Shown one piece after another: positions 36,041-46,004 of a DNA stretch of 64,000 bases (its first letter is position 1; each line of letters begins with the position of its first letter). A program made the position numbers and the translations under genes. Under the pieces are notes generated by a model. That model had not been told where the DNA came from and made no database searches. It was given only the letters and a program-made list of their open reading frames with translations. Origin of the DNA: Rhodothermales bacterium (GTDB lineage: Bacteria > Bacteroidota > Rhodothermia > Rhodothermales > JAHQVL01); contig JAWKNW010000013.1 of the NCBI GenBank assembly GCA_041391505.1, positions 77,255-141,254 of the forward strand, in the 5' to 3' direction.

Positions 36041-38020
36041 TTGGGAAACAAAGACAACGTTGCATCGCAGGGCGCCGACATCGCCGAAGAAGTCGGCTGG
36101 ACGCCCCGCGACGCCGAAGAATTGTATCACATGGCCTTCTGGTCGGATGACTTCTTTCATGTCAACGACCAGGGTCACGTGGGTGTCCGCCCCGTTCAGG
36201 GCAGCAAACAGTCGGTGGATCTGAAAAAGGTGGTGAGGGAGCTGGAGCGGCGCGGCACGCGGTTTCCGGTGGTCATCCGTTTTCAGGACATCCTGCACGC
36301 CCGCGTCGTCCGCATCAATGAGGCGTTCATCGATGCCTGCCGCGAGCTGGGATACAAGAACCGCTACAACGGCATCTATCCGATCAAGGTGAACCAGCTC
36401 CACGAGGTGGTGGAGGAAATCCTCGACGCCGGCCGGCCCTACGGCCTCGGCCTGGAATGCGGGTCAAAGGCGGAGCTGGTCGCCGCCCTGGCGCATCTCG
36501 AGGATGACAAGACGCTGCTGATCTGCAACGGCTACAAGGACGAGGTCATGCTCCGCATGATCCTCTCCGCGCAGAAGCTCGGCAAGCAGGTGATCCCCGT
36601 CATCGAAAAGTACTCCGAGTTCACGCGGCTCCTCAAGCTGGCGGAAGAGATGGGCATCCGTCCCCGGATGGGTGTGCGCGTGCGCCTCTCGACGCCGGGC
36701 GTGGGCAAGTGGGCCGAATCGGGCGGCGAGCGCTCGAAGTTCGGGATCACCATCCCCGAGCTGGTTCGCGCCATCGACGAACTCAAGGCGCGCGGCAATG
36801 CCGACGGCCTCGAGCTGCTGCATTTCCACCTCGGCAGCCAGCTGACGGACATCCAGACGCTCAAGAAGGCGATCAAGGAATTCACCCAGATCTACGTCCA
36901 GCTCTGGCAGCGGGAGGTCGGCGTGAAGTACCTCGACATCGGCGGTGGCCTCGGGGTCAACTACGGGCTGGGGTACGGATCCACGACCGACAGCATCAAC
37001 TACACGCTGATCGAATACGCCCGCAGCGCCGTGTATGCCGTCCAGGAGGTGTGCGACAGCACGAACACGCCGCATCCGATCATCCTGTCCGAAAGCGGTC
37101 GCGCCCTGTCGGCCCATCACTCGGTGCTGGTGGTGGACATCCTCGGGATCCACCGCAAGGAGGGAATGGACCCCGATTTCAAACCGGGCAAGGGCGATCA
37201 CGCGATCATCCGCGAGATGGAAGAGATCTGGCGGCTCGCGCGCGCCGACAAGACGCAGCGCCTCCCCGTCCTGCTCGAAGCCTACCACGACGCGGTCGAA
37301 AAACGGCTGCAGTCGGAATCGCTGTTTTCGTTCGGCTACCTGCCGCTCGAACAGAAAGCCATCGCCGAGAAGCTGTACTGGAGCATCTGCTATACGATCA
37401 ACGAGAAGGTCAAGCAGAGCAACGCCGAATGGCTGCCGGACGAGCTGACCCATCTGGACGATGTGCTGATCGATCAGTACCAGTGCGATTTTTCGGTCTT
37501 CCAGTCCATGCTGGATTACTGGGCGATCGGGCAGTGTTTCCCGGTCATGCCCATCCACCGGCTCGAAGAACGGCCGGACCGGCGCGCGATCCTGGTCGAC
37601 CTCACGTGTGACTCCGACGGCAAGGTGTGCACCTTCATCTCGCCGTACGCCGACAAGGACTATCTGGAAGTGCACGACCTCAAGGGCGACGACCCGTATT
37701 ACCTCGGGTTCTTCATGATGGGGGCGTACCAGGATATCATGGGCGACATGCACAACCTCTTCGGCCGCGTGTCGGAAGTGCACGTGTACGCCAGCGAGGA
37801 GGAGCCGGAAGGCTTCTACATCGAGAAGGTCATCCAGGGCGCGACGGTGGAGGAGATGCTCGCCCAGGTGCAGTATTTCCCGAACGATCTGCTGCGCCGT
37901 ATGAACAAGCTCGTGCGCGACAAGGTGCAGGCCGGCGTCATCCAGCCCAGCGCCGGCTACGCGATGCTCGAAGAATACGAGCACATCATGAAAGAGACCA
38001 CCTACTTCCGAAACACCTGA
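36041..38020 (+). CDS. speA: Biosynthetic arginine decarboxylase
   Basis: 659 aa with a TTG start at 36041. W..RDAEELYHMAFWSDDFFHVN N-terminus, YPIKVNQ (PLP-Lys), HFHLGSQ, SESGRAL, and a C-terminal SpeA-specific helical bundle. Confidence 0.9.
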   Translation: MGNKDNVASQGADIAEEVGWTPRDAEELYHMAFWSDDFFHVNDQGHVGVRPVQGSKQSVDLKKVVRELERRGTRFPVVIRFQDILHARVVRINEAFIDACRELGYKNRYNGIYPIKVNQLHEVVEEILDAGRPYGLGLECGSKAELVAALAHLEDDKTLLICNGYKDEVMLRMILSAQKLGKQVIPVIEKYSEFTRLLKLAEEMGIRPRMGVRVRLSTPGVGKWAESGGERSKFGITIPELVRAIDELKARGNADGLELLHFHLGSQLTDIQTLKKAIKEFTQIYVQLWQREVGVKYLDIGGGLGVNYGLGYGSTTDSINYTLIEYARSAVYAVQEVCDSTNTPHPIILSESGRALSAHHSVLVVDILGIHRKEGMDPDFKPGKGDHAIIREMEEIWRLARADKTQRLPVLLEAYHDAVEKRLQSESLFSFGYLPLEQKAIAEKLYWSICYTINEKVKQSNAEWLPDELTHLDDVLIDQYQCDFSVFQSMLDYWAIGQCFPVMPIHRLEERPDRRAILVDLTCDSDGKVCTFISPYADKDYLEVHDLKGDDPYYLGFFMMGAYQDIMGDMHNLFGRVSEVHVYASEEEPEGFYIEKVIQGATVEEMLAQVQYFPNDLLRRMNKLVRDKVQAGVIQPSAGYAMLEEYEHIMKETTYFRNT

Positions 38021-38033
38021 TCTCGACGGATAC

Positions 38034-38933
38034 ATGACCAACGACAAGGTGAAGGTGGGTATCGTCCAGATGCGATGCTCGGCCGACCCGGACGACAATA
38101 CCGCCCGCGCCCTCCGCATGACGGGCGAAGCGGCCGACCTCGGCGCCCAGATCGTGTGCCTGCCGGAGCTGTTTCGCAGCCGCTATTTCTGCCAGAACGA
38201 AGACTCCGCGCACTTCGCGCTCGCCGAACCCATCCCCGGTCCCTCGTCGGATGCCTTCGGGGCCCTCGCCCGGGAGAAGGGGATCGTCGTCGTGGCCAGC
38301 CTGTTCGAGAAGCGGGCGGTAGGCCTCTACCATAACACCGCCGTCGTGGTCGACAGCGATCAGGGGATGCTGGGACGTTATCGCAAGATGCACATCCCCG
38401 ACGATCCGCGGTACTACGAAAAATACTATTTCACCCCCGGCGACCTCGGGTTCAAGACGTTTCAGACCTCACGCGGGCCGATCGGCGTGCTTGTGTGCTG
38501 GGACCAGTGGTACCCCGAAGCCGCGCGCCTCACGGCGCTGCAGGGCGCCGAGATCCTGTTTTATCCCACGGCCATCGGCTGGCATCCCGAAGAGCAGGAC
38601 TCGCACGGCGAACGGCAGCACGATGCCTGGCAGACCGCCCAGCGCGCCCACGCGATCGCCAACGGGTGTTTCGTCGTCTCCGTAAACCGGATCGGGTTCG
38701 AGCCGGAGCCCCATGCGCCCGAAGGCCACGGCATCCAGTTCTGGGGCCAGAGCTTCATCGCCGCGCCGGACGGGTCGCTGCTCGCCAAAGCATCGAAGGA
38801 CCAGGAAGAGATCATCGTCGTGGAGCTGGACAAGGGCGCCATCTTCGATCAGCGCACCGGGTGGCCCTTCCTCCGCGACCGCCGGATCGACGCCTACGAC
38901 AAACTCACCCGCCGCTATATCGAAGCCGAGTGA
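38034..38933 (+). CDS. aguB: N-carbamoylputrescine amidase (carbon-nitrogen hydrolase)
   Basis: 299 aa. VCLPELF (Glu), YRKMHIPD (Lys), GVLVCWDQWYPE (Cys), the CN-hydrolase triad context typical of AguB. Confidence 0.85.
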   Translation: MTNDKVKVGIVQMRCSADPDDNTARALRMTGEAADLGAQIVCLPELFRSRYFCQNEDSAHFALAEPIPGPSSDAFGALAREKGIVVVASLFEKRAVGLYHNTAVVVDSDQGMLGRYRKMHIPDDPRYYEKYYFTPGDLGFKTFQTSRGPIGVLVCWDQWYPEAARLTALQGAEILFYPTAIGWHPEEQDSHGERQHDAWQTAQRAHAIANGCFVVSVNRIGFEPEPHAPEGHGIQFWGQSFIAAPDGSLLAKASKDQEEIIVVELDKGAIFDQRTGWPFLRDRRIDAYDKLTRRYIEAE

Positions 38934-39961
38934 TGCCGACGCGCCCGACCTCATCCCCGCACGCCGCGACGCCCGCGGCGCAGGGCTACCGCATGCCGGC
39001 GGAGTGGGCTCCGCACCAGGGCACCTGGATTTCCTGGCCCCATAACCCGGACACCTGGCCCGGCTTTCTCCCCGGCGTCGTCACGTTTTACGACACCCTC
39101 ACGCGCGCGCTGGCCGAGGTGGAGGAGGTGCACATCAACGTCACCACCCGGGCGATGCGTCGCGACCTCGAGCAGCGCTTTGCCGAGGCGCTGGCGCGCG
39201 GACGCGTCATCCTGCATGATTTTCCGACAGACGACGCCTGGTGCCGGGATCATGGCGCGACGATCGTCAAGGGGCCGGCCGGCCGCGCCGCCATCGACTG
39301 GCGCTATACGGCATGGGGCGGGAAATATCCGCCCTACGACAGCGACGACCGCATCGCGGCCCTCATGGCCGAGTACCTCGGCATCCCTGTCTTTCGCCAG
39401 GACGTCGTCCTCGAAGGCGGCGCCCTCGAAATCAACAGCCAGGGGTTGCTGCTCACCACGGCATCCTGCGTGCTGAACCCGAACCGGAATCCCGACCTCA
39501 CCCACGCGGCGGCCGACCGGCTCCTGCGCGACACCCTCGGCGCGACCGAGGTGCTGTGGCTCGAGGGCGAGATACTCGGCGACGACACCGACGGGCACAT
39601 CGACAACCTCGCGCGTTTCGTCAACGACGACACCGTGTTTATCGAGCCCCGGCTCGAGGCGTCGTCGCGCGCCGTGCTGGCGGACTACCGCACGCCGGCA
39701 GGCGGCTCGCTGACCGTCCGCGAGCTGCCGCTGCCGGCGCCGCAACAACGCGACGGCGAACCGCTGCCGGCGAGCTTTGCCAATTTCCTCATCGCGAACG
39801 AACTCGTTCTGGTGCCCGGTTACGGCGGCAGCGAGGACGAGCGCGCCTGCGCCATGCTCCAGGAGCATTTCCCGGATCGCGACGTCAGGGCGATCGACGC
39901 GCGCGCGGCCATCGTCGGCCTCGGCGCCATCCACTGCCTGACCCAGCAAGTGCCGGCATAG
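38933..39961 (+). CDS. aguA: Agmatine deiminase
   Basis: The ATG at 38933 overlaps the aguB stop (TGATG). YRMPAEWAPHQGTWISWPH, ...DDTDGHIDNLARF..., and C-terminal GLGAIHCLTQQVP (catalytic Cys). Confidence 0.9.
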   Translation: MPTRPTSSPHAATPAAQGYRMPAEWAPHQGTWISWPHNPDTWPGFLPGVVTFYDTLTRALAEVEEVHINVTTRAMRRDLEQRFAEALARGRVILHDFPTDDAWCRDHGATIVKGPAGRAAIDWRYTAWGGKYPPYDSDDRIAALMAEYLGIPVFRQDVVLEGGALEINSQGLLLTTASCVLNPNRNPDLTHAAADRLLRDTLGATEVLWLEGEILGDDTDGHIDNLARFVNDDTVFIEPRLEASSRAVLADYRTPAGGSLTVRELPLPAPQQRDGEPLPASFANFLIANELVLVPGYGGSEDERACAMLQEHFPDRDVRAIDARAAIVGLGAIHCLTQQVPA

Positions 39962-40113
39962 GCGTGCAGGCCAGTCAGGGCGGCGGCGTTACGCCGTTGC
40001 GGTCGAAGGCATTGCAGTTCGTCCACCGTAGGGCGTATCATGAAACGCCGGCGTGGCCGGCATCCGGGGCATCCCCCTTATCGTCAACCGCTCGATTCGA
40101 AGGTCTCCTGCCT

Positions 40114-41247
40114 ATGCGAACACCGTTCATTCACCGCGCGCTCCTCGTGAGCCTGGCCCTCGCCTCCTTCGGGTATGCCCGCGTCGCCGACGAAGCGGCG
40201 TTTCAGGTCGAGCCCTTCGCCCTCGGGCTGGACTCCCCGTGGGGGATGGCGTTTTTGCCGGACGGACGGCTGCTCGTGACCGAGCGCACGGGGCAGCTGC
40301 GGATCGTCGGGACGGATGGGGCGGTGTCGGAGCCCGTCGCCGGCGTGCCGGACGTCTGTGTCTGCGGGCAGGGCGGTTTGCTTGATGTCCAGTTGCATCC
40401 CCAGTATGCGCAGAACGGCTGGCTGTACCTGAGCTACGCGGACAAGAAGCTGAACGACGAAGGCAAGCCCATCGCGTTCACCGCGATCATGCGGGCCCGC
40501 CTCTCCGGGAATGCCCTGACCGATCAGGAGACGCTTTTTCAGGCGCCCGAGGCGGTCTACTCGGAGCGCGAATACCACTTCGGATCGCGCATCGTATTCG
40601 ACGACGAAGGGTACCTCTATTTCTCGATCGGCGACCGGGGCGTGATGGAAGATGCGCAGCGCCTCGACGTCCCGAACGGCAAGATCCATCGCCTGCACGA
40701 TGACGGCCGGGTGCCGGCGGACAATCCGTTTGTCGTTCAGCCGGACGCCGTGAAATCCATCTGGTCCTACGGCCATCGCAATCCGCAGGGGCTCCAGTGG
40801 AATCGCGTGACCGGCACGCTCTGGAACACCGAGCACGGACCGCAGGGCGGCGACGAACTCAACCACGTCCGCAAGGGCCTCAACTTCGGCTGGCCGGTCA
40901 TCAGCTACGGCATCAACTACGACAATACAGTGCTGACGCCGTTCACCTCGAAAGACGGCATGGAGCAGCCGGCGACGCACTGGACGCCGTCGATCGCCAC
41001 CGGAGGGATCGCCTTCTACGAAGGGGATACCTTCCCCGACTGGAAGGGGAGCCTGTTCGTGACCTCGCTCAAGTTCGGCGAGTTGCGGCGGGTCATGATC
41101 GAAGGGACGACCGTTACCGGGCAGGAGCTGATCTGGAAGACCGCCGGCCGCATCCGCGACGTAGAGACCGGCCCCGACGGCTATGTCTACGTGGCGGTCG
41201 AGGGCGCGGAACAGAGCATCGTGCGGCTCGTGCCGGCCGATGCGTAA
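40114..41247 (+). CDS. PQQ-dependent (soluble) sugar/aldose dehydrogenase, GSDH family
   Basis: The ATG at 40114 gives a signal peptide (MRTPFIHRALLVSLALASFGYA). PWGMAFLPDGRLLVTER, HFGSRIVFD, GHRNPQGLQW, EHGPQGGDELN..GLNFGWP. Confidence 0.85.
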   Translation: MRTPFIHRALLVSLALASFGYARVADEAAFQVEPFALGLDSPWGMAFLPDGRLLVTERTGQLRIVGTDGAVSEPVAGVPDVCVCGQGGLLDVQLHPQYAQNGWLYLSYADKKLNDEGKPIAFTAIMRARLSGNALTDQETLFQAPEAVYSEREYHFGSRIVFDDEGYLYFSIGDRGVMEDAQRLDVPNGKIHRLHDDGRVPADNPFVVQPDAVKSIWSYGHRNPQGLQWNRVTGTLWNTEHGPQGGDELNHVRKGLNFGWPVISYGINYDNTVLTPFTSKDGMEQPATHWTPSIATGGIAFYEGDTFPDWKGSLFVTSLKFGELRRVMIEGTTVTGQELIWKTAGRIRDVETGPDGYVYVAVEGAEQSIVRLVPADA

Positions 41248-41260
41248 AACCGGAGTATCG

Positions 41261-41488
41261 ATGGCATGGCTTGACCGATTGCCCTACGGCCTGTTGATCT
41301 TTGCGGCGCTCATGCTCGGGCTGGCACCGTTCATTCCGGAGCCGCATCTGCTGCAAAAGATGAAGATGCTCCTGGCCGGCGAGCTGACGCGTCCCGAGGA
41401 CATCGGCGACGTGCTTTTCCACGGGGCCCCGCTCATCCTCATCGCCTTCAAGCTGAAGCGCGACTATTTCTCCTCGACCGAGGCGTAG
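41261..41488 (+). CDS. Hypothetical small membrane protein
   Basis: 75 aa from the ATG at 41261 (MAWLDRLPYGLLIFAALMLGLAPFIPEPHLLQKMKML...GAPLILIAFKL), with two predicted TM helices. The 3' end overlaps the GH92 3' end by 25 nt. Confidence 0.5.
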   Translation: MAWLDRLPYGLLIFAALMLGLAPFIPEPHLLQKMKMLLAGELTRPEDIGDVLFHGAPLILIAFKLKRDYFSSTEA

Positions 41489-43833
41489 GGCGGCTCTTTT
41501 TGCGGATCCGATAGAGACGGCGGGGCGTCCTCGGGCCGGCTGCCCCAGGTTTTGTTGGGCTCCGGTCCCATTTCCAGCACGAGCTGGCCGCCGGACACGA
41601 TTTCCTCGTGCCGGATCCACGGGCGCGTCAGCGGTTCGCCGTTCAGCTCCGCGGACTGGATGTAGCGATTCCGGTCGGAGGTGCCCCGGGCCTCGATCGT
41701 AAACTTGCGGCCGCTTCCCAGTCGAAACCGCGTCGTTTCGAACAGCGGGCTGCCGAGCACATAGTAGGGCATGCCGGGGGCGACGGGATACAGACCGATC
41801 GCGCTGAAGACATACCAGGCCGACATCTGGCCGGCGTCGTCGTTGCCGCTTAGGCCGCCGGGCGCGGAGCTGTATTCATCCGCCATGATGTCCCGAACCC
41901 GCTGCTGCGTTTTCCAGGGAGCGCCGGCGTAGGCGTAGAGGTAGGCGATCTGGTGGCTGGGTTCGTTGCCGTGCCAGTAATGGCCGTCGTCGAACAGCGT
42001 ATCCAGGCGGGCGATAAAGGGCTCTCGGCCGCCGATCCAGTCGATCAGGCCGGCTACATCGTGCGGCACATACCACGTGTAATGCCAGGGAGAGCCCTCC
42101 GTGATGAAGTCGTACGTCCGGTTCGCCGGATCGAACGGCGTCACCCAGCTGCTGTCTCGATGCCGGCCCCGCGCAAATCCGGTTACCGGGTCGATGACGT
42201 TGCGATAATAACCCGCCCGCCGCGACAGCTCCTGGTAATCTTCGTCGTGCCCGAGCATGTTCGCCATCTGGCCGACCACGAAGTCGTCGTATGCATACTC
42301 CAGCGTCCGGGAAACCTGTTCGGCCTTGTGGAACGCCTCGCGCACCGGCTCTTCCAGCGGGAGAAAGCCGTATTTGAGGTACACCATGATGGCGCGCCGG
42401 CCCTTGCCGTCGAGGTATTCGGCGTAGGTGGCGGGCGTGCCGAACGCGTTCTGCCGCATGTACCGATAAGCCTTCTCCGCGTCGAAATCGTGGATGCCCT
42501 TGGCGTAGGCGTCGGTGATGATCGATGTCGCGTGGTCGCCGATCATGGCGGCGGTATAGCTGTTCCAGGACGGGAAGATCGGGAGCCAGCCGCCCCGTTC
42601 GGCCTTGTCGATCAGCGAGCGGACCATATCACGGGTCCGTTCCGGATCCACCAGGGTCAGCAGCGGATGCACCGCACGGTAGGTATCCCATACCGAAAAG
42701 TCGGCGTAGTATCCTCCCTCTTCGATATGCCCCGCCGGCGTGCCCGCGAAGCCCGGGTAGGCGCCGCTCACATCGCTGAACAGCCGGGGCAGCTGGGATG
42801 CATGGTAGAAGGCGGAATAAAACGTCGTTTGCTGCTCCGGCGTCCCGCCGGCGACCGTGATGCGCCCGAGCAGACGGCTCCAGGCCGATTCACTGCTCGT
42901 TCGGGCCGCGTCGAAGTCCCACTCAGGTATCTCGACGGCGAGGTTGCGCTCGGCCTCCTCGGCGGAGGTGAACGAGGTGCCCACTTTCACCAGCACCTCC
43001 TCCCCGGGATGGACGTCGAAGCTGACGTAGGCGCCGACGGCGACGCTGTCCGGCAGGCCCTCGGCGCGCCAGGTGCCCGGCAGCAGGGTCGAATCCCTCC
43101 AGGTGCCGGTCTGGACGAACGGACGGTCGAACTGGGCGGCAAAGTGGCCGCTGAAACCGGCCGGCTCGCCCCAGCCCTGATAGATGCGATGGGCCGGGTT
43201 TTCGCCCCGGACGATGTGCGCGTTGGGATCGACCGTGATGCTTCCGACGCCCTCGTCGCTGTTGGGCTGGACGACGAGGTGAACGGTGCCGGCATCGCGG
43301 AAGGTGAACCGGAAGAAGCCGGCACGCGCCGTGCCCGTCATCTCGGCCACGACAGCGCCGCCATCCAGCGAAACCCGGTAGTAGGAGGGTGTGGCCACCT
43401 CATCGTCGTGCGAAAAAGGCAGGGCGCGGTGGTACGGGCCGAAGCGAAGGGAATCGACGACGGGCATGAGCGTGACGCTGCCGTAATCCTGCGTACAGGA
43501 CCCGCTCATCCAGTGGCTGCCCCGGAAGCCCTGAATCCGCTCGTCCTCGTAGTAGTAGGGTGAGAGACACTTCTTTTCGCTCTCGCGCGTTTGCGGGGTC
43601 CACTGGGTCATGCCGAAGGGATGTCCCACCCCGGGAAAGGTCTGTCCGTGCACTTCGTTGTCGGCCTCGCTGTGGCGCAACGCCGCGGGCGTACGCGCGG
43701 CCGCGGTGCCGATGTGCGGATTGACATGGGTAAGGAGACGCGCGTCGCCGGCGTCGTCCTTGCACGAGGCAAACAGCAGCGCGGCCACGCACAGGATCCA
43801 TGCGAAGCGTCGGTGGGGTTCAGGCATGTTCAC
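41464..43833 (-). CDS. Glycoside hydrolase family 92 (alpha-mannosidase-like)
   Basis: 789 aa with a lipoprotein signal (LLFASCKDD). VNPHIGT..., GQTFPGVGHPFGMTQWTPQT, GFRGSHWMSGSC, SGNDDAGQMSAWYVFSAIGLYP are GH92 signatures. Confidence 0.9.
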   Translation of the reverse strand: MNMPEPHRRFAWILCVAALLFASCKDDAGDARLLTHVNPHIGTAAARTPAALRHSEADNEVHGQTFPGVGHPFGMTQWTPQTRESEKKCLSPYYYEDERIQGFRGSHWMSGSCTQDYGSVTLMPVVDSLRFGPYHRALPFSHDDEVATPSYYRVSLDGGAVVAEMTGTARAGFFRFTFRDAGTVHLVVQPNSDEGVGSITVDPNAHIVRGENPAHRIYQGWGEPAGFSGHFAAQFDRPFVQTGTWRDSTLLPGTWRAEGLPDSVAVGAYVSFDVHPGEEVLVKVGTSFTSAEEAERNLAVEIPEWDFDAARTSSESAWSRLLGRITVAGGTPEQQTTFYSAFYHASQLPRLFSDVSGAYPGFAGTPAGHIEEGGYYADFSVWDTYRAVHPLLTLVDPERTRDMVRSLIDKAERGGWLPIFPSWNSYTAAMIGDHATSIITDAYAKGIHDFDAEKAYRYMRQNAFGTPATYAEYLDGKGRRAIMVYLKYGFLPLEEPVREAFHKAEQVSRTLEYAYDDFVVGQMANMLGHDEDYQELSRRAGYYRNVIDPVTGFARGRHRDSSWVTPFDPANRTYDFITEGSPWHYTWYVPHDVAGLIDWIGGREPFIARLDTLFDDGHYWHGNEPSHQIAYLYAYAGAPWKTQQRVRDIMADEYSSAPGGLSGNDDAGQMSAWYVFSAIGLYPVAPGMPYYVLGSPLFETTRFRLGSGRKFTIEARGTSDRNRYIQSAELNGEPLTRPWIRHEEIVSGGQLVLEMGPEPNKTWGSRPEDAPPSLSDPQKEPPYASVEEK

Positions 43834-44087
43834 TCAGCGAGTCGGCTTATCTACGAAAGATACAAAAAGCAGGGTACAGCATGAGACGTTGGGATCGACG
43901 GCACGTCTCTAACCGCGCGGGTGGGGCAACAGTGGGCAACAGAGCGGATGCCTGTTCGCCGCGCGCGGTAAGGGGACCCAAGCTACCAAATATTGATCCA
44001 AGATACCCGATTCTTGCTTTCGATGCGCCTCCGGCGTATATATCAGACTGTTCATCCAACCCCTAGACCGCGACATACGCTCCCTGC

Positions 44088-45998
44088 ATGCGTTATCGCG
44101 CTTTTTTTATGTCGATTCCCACCGTTTTCGCGAGCGTCCGCCGGCTGGCGGTCATGGGCCTTTTCGTGCTCTCGCTCGCCAGCCCCGGCCAGGTTACGGG
44201 GCAGGAAGCCGCGACGCCGGCGACCGTCCTGCGTCTCGACGATATGCGGGGCTTCAAGCCCACCGCCGGCAACTGGCAGATCGTAGGCGGCTTCATGGCG
44301 GATCGTGCCGAAGAGCACGCCTTTGCGACCCGCCCCGGCACCGGCGTGCTGGCCAATATCCAGACGGACACCGCCCGGGACAACCTGTTCACCGCCTGGG
44401 AGCATGCCGACATCGAACTCGACCTCGACGTCAACTTGCCGCGCGGATCCAATTCCGGCATCTACCTGCAGGGGCGCTATGAGGTCCAGCTGTTCGACAG
44501 CTGGGGCGTGGCCGAGCCCAGCGCCGCGGACCTCGGGGGCATCTACCAGCGATGGGACGAGTCGAGGCCGGAAGGGCAGAAGGGGTATGAAGGCCACCCG
44601 CCCCCGATCAACGTGGCGCGCGCGCCCGGATTATGGCAACATCTGCATATCGTCTTTCGCGCACCGCGTTTCGACGCGGCGGGGAAGAAGATCCGGAATG
44701 CCGCCTTCGTGCAGGTAGCGCTGAACGGCATCGTGCTCCATGAAAATGTGGAACTGACCGGCCCCACGCGCTCGTCGGCCTGGGATGACGAGGCCCCGCT
44801 TGGCCCGCTGATGATCCAGGGCGATCATGGACCGGTCGCGCTGCGCCATATTTCCTACCGCCTGTACCGCGCCGATCAGATCCAGCTGACCGATCTGCGG
44901 CGCGCCTACTACACCGGCCGGTTCGACTATCAGATGCCCGATCTCGCAGAGCTCGATCGTGTCGAGGAGGGGCCGGCCACGTCGATCGACGCCGGAAGCG
45001 CATCCGACATCAAACAATTTGCCCTGCAGTACGCGGGCAGTCTGCAGGCGCCCGTTGCCGGCGACTACGTCTTCGAGGTCGCGCATACGGCCCGCGTGCG
45101 ACTCGAGATCGACGGCAAGACGGTCCTCACGGACCGCGACCCGAACGTCGCAGCACCCGGCGAGTTCGATCGGCGCGCGGCGCGGGTTCGCCTCACGAAA
45201 GGGGCGCACCGTCTCGTGCTGACGTACGCGAAGGGTAACTGGCACGCGGCGCCTACCGCGCTCGGGTTTTATGTCTCAGGACCAGGGTTGCTGCGGACCG
45301 AGTTGACCGCGCCCGGTTCGCTTCCGGCCGACGCGTTCGCGGCCTTCGAGATCGCCCCGCAAGGCGGCCCCTTGATCCAGCGCAATTTTGTGGTGCACGG
45401 CGGCGAAAAACGGACCCACGCGATGTCTGTCGGCGAGCCGACCGGCATCCATTACGCGTACGACATGGGGTCCGGCGCGCTGCTCAGCATCTGGAAAGGG
45501 CGTTTCGTCAACACCTCGCCGATGTGGTACGAGCGGGGCGAGATGCAGAGCGCCATCCCGCTCGGGAGCCTGATCGAGCTGGCCGGCTGGCCTACCGTTG
45601 CCGTGCTCAGCGACGACAGCGCGCCCTGGCCCGAAGGCGAGGCCGACTATCATTTCAGCGGCTACAGCCTCGCGGGCGAGCGCCCCGTTTTTTCGTATGA
45701 GACCGGCGGGGTCAAGGTCCTCGATCAGCTAACACCCGACGAGGGCGGGACGATGTACACGCGCCGCATCGCGCTGTCGGGCAAGCCGGCCGGCGGGAAG
45801 GTGTGGGTCTTCGTGGCCGAAGGGGACGCCATCGAGATGCTTCCGGGCGGCGCCTATGCCGTCGATAATCAGCGCTATTATATCGAGCATCTCCAGGGAG
45901 GGCAGGCCTACGTCCGCAATGTGGGCGGGAAAAGCGAACTCCTCGTCGGCGTCGAGCTCGGGAATGGCGGTCTCGTTTCTTACGATCTGGTCTGGTAG
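44088..45998 (+). CDS. DUF1080 (3-keto-disaccharide-hydrolase-like, concanavalin fold) + PA14 domain protein
   Basis: 636 aa with a signal peptide. WQIVGGF..., DIELDLDVNLPRGSNSGIYLQGRYEVQLFDSWG and MIQGDHGPVALRHISY match the DUF1080 pattern. FALQYAGSLQAPVAGDYVFEVAHTARVRLEIDGKTVL is a PA14-like segment. Confidence 0.75.
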   Translation: MRYRAFFMSIPTVFASVRRLAVMGLFVLSLASPGQVTGQEAATPATVLRLDDMRGFKPTAGNWQIVGGFMADRAEEHAFATRPGTGVLANIQTDTARDNLFTAWEHADIELDLDVNLPRGSNSGIYLQGRYEVQLFDSWGVAEPSAADLGGIYQRWDESRPEGQKGYEGHPPPINVARAPGLWQHLHIVFRAPRFDAAGKKIRNAAFVQVALNGIVLHENVELTGPTRSSAWDDEAPLGPLMIQGDHGPVALRHISYRLYRADQIQLTDLRRAYYTGRFDYQMPDLAELDRVEEGPATSIDAGSASDIKQFALQYAGSLQAPVAGDYVFEVAHTARVRLEIDGKTVLTDRDPNVAAPGEFDRRAARVRLTKGAHRLVLTYAKGNWHAAPTALGFYVSGPGLLRTELTAPGSLPADAFAAFEIAPQGGPLIQRNFVVHGGEKRTHAMSVGEPTGIHYAYDMGSGALLSIWKGRFVNTSPMWYERGEMQSAIPLGSLIELAGWPTVAVLSDDSAPWPEGEADYHFSGYSLAGERPVFSYETGGVKVLDQLTPDEGGTMYTRRIALSGKPAGGKVWVFVAEGDAIEMLPGGAYAVDNQRYYIEHLQGGQAYVRNVGGKSELLVGVELGNGGLVSYDLVW

Positions 45999-46004
45999 AA
46001 GGGC

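Noticed and set aside
43924-43942. Direct 10-mer duplication GGGCAACAG(T)GGGCAACAG in the GH92 / DUF1080 divergent gap
   Set aside because: There are only two short copies and no partner site or nearby regulator gene. The evidence is insufficient for calling an operator.
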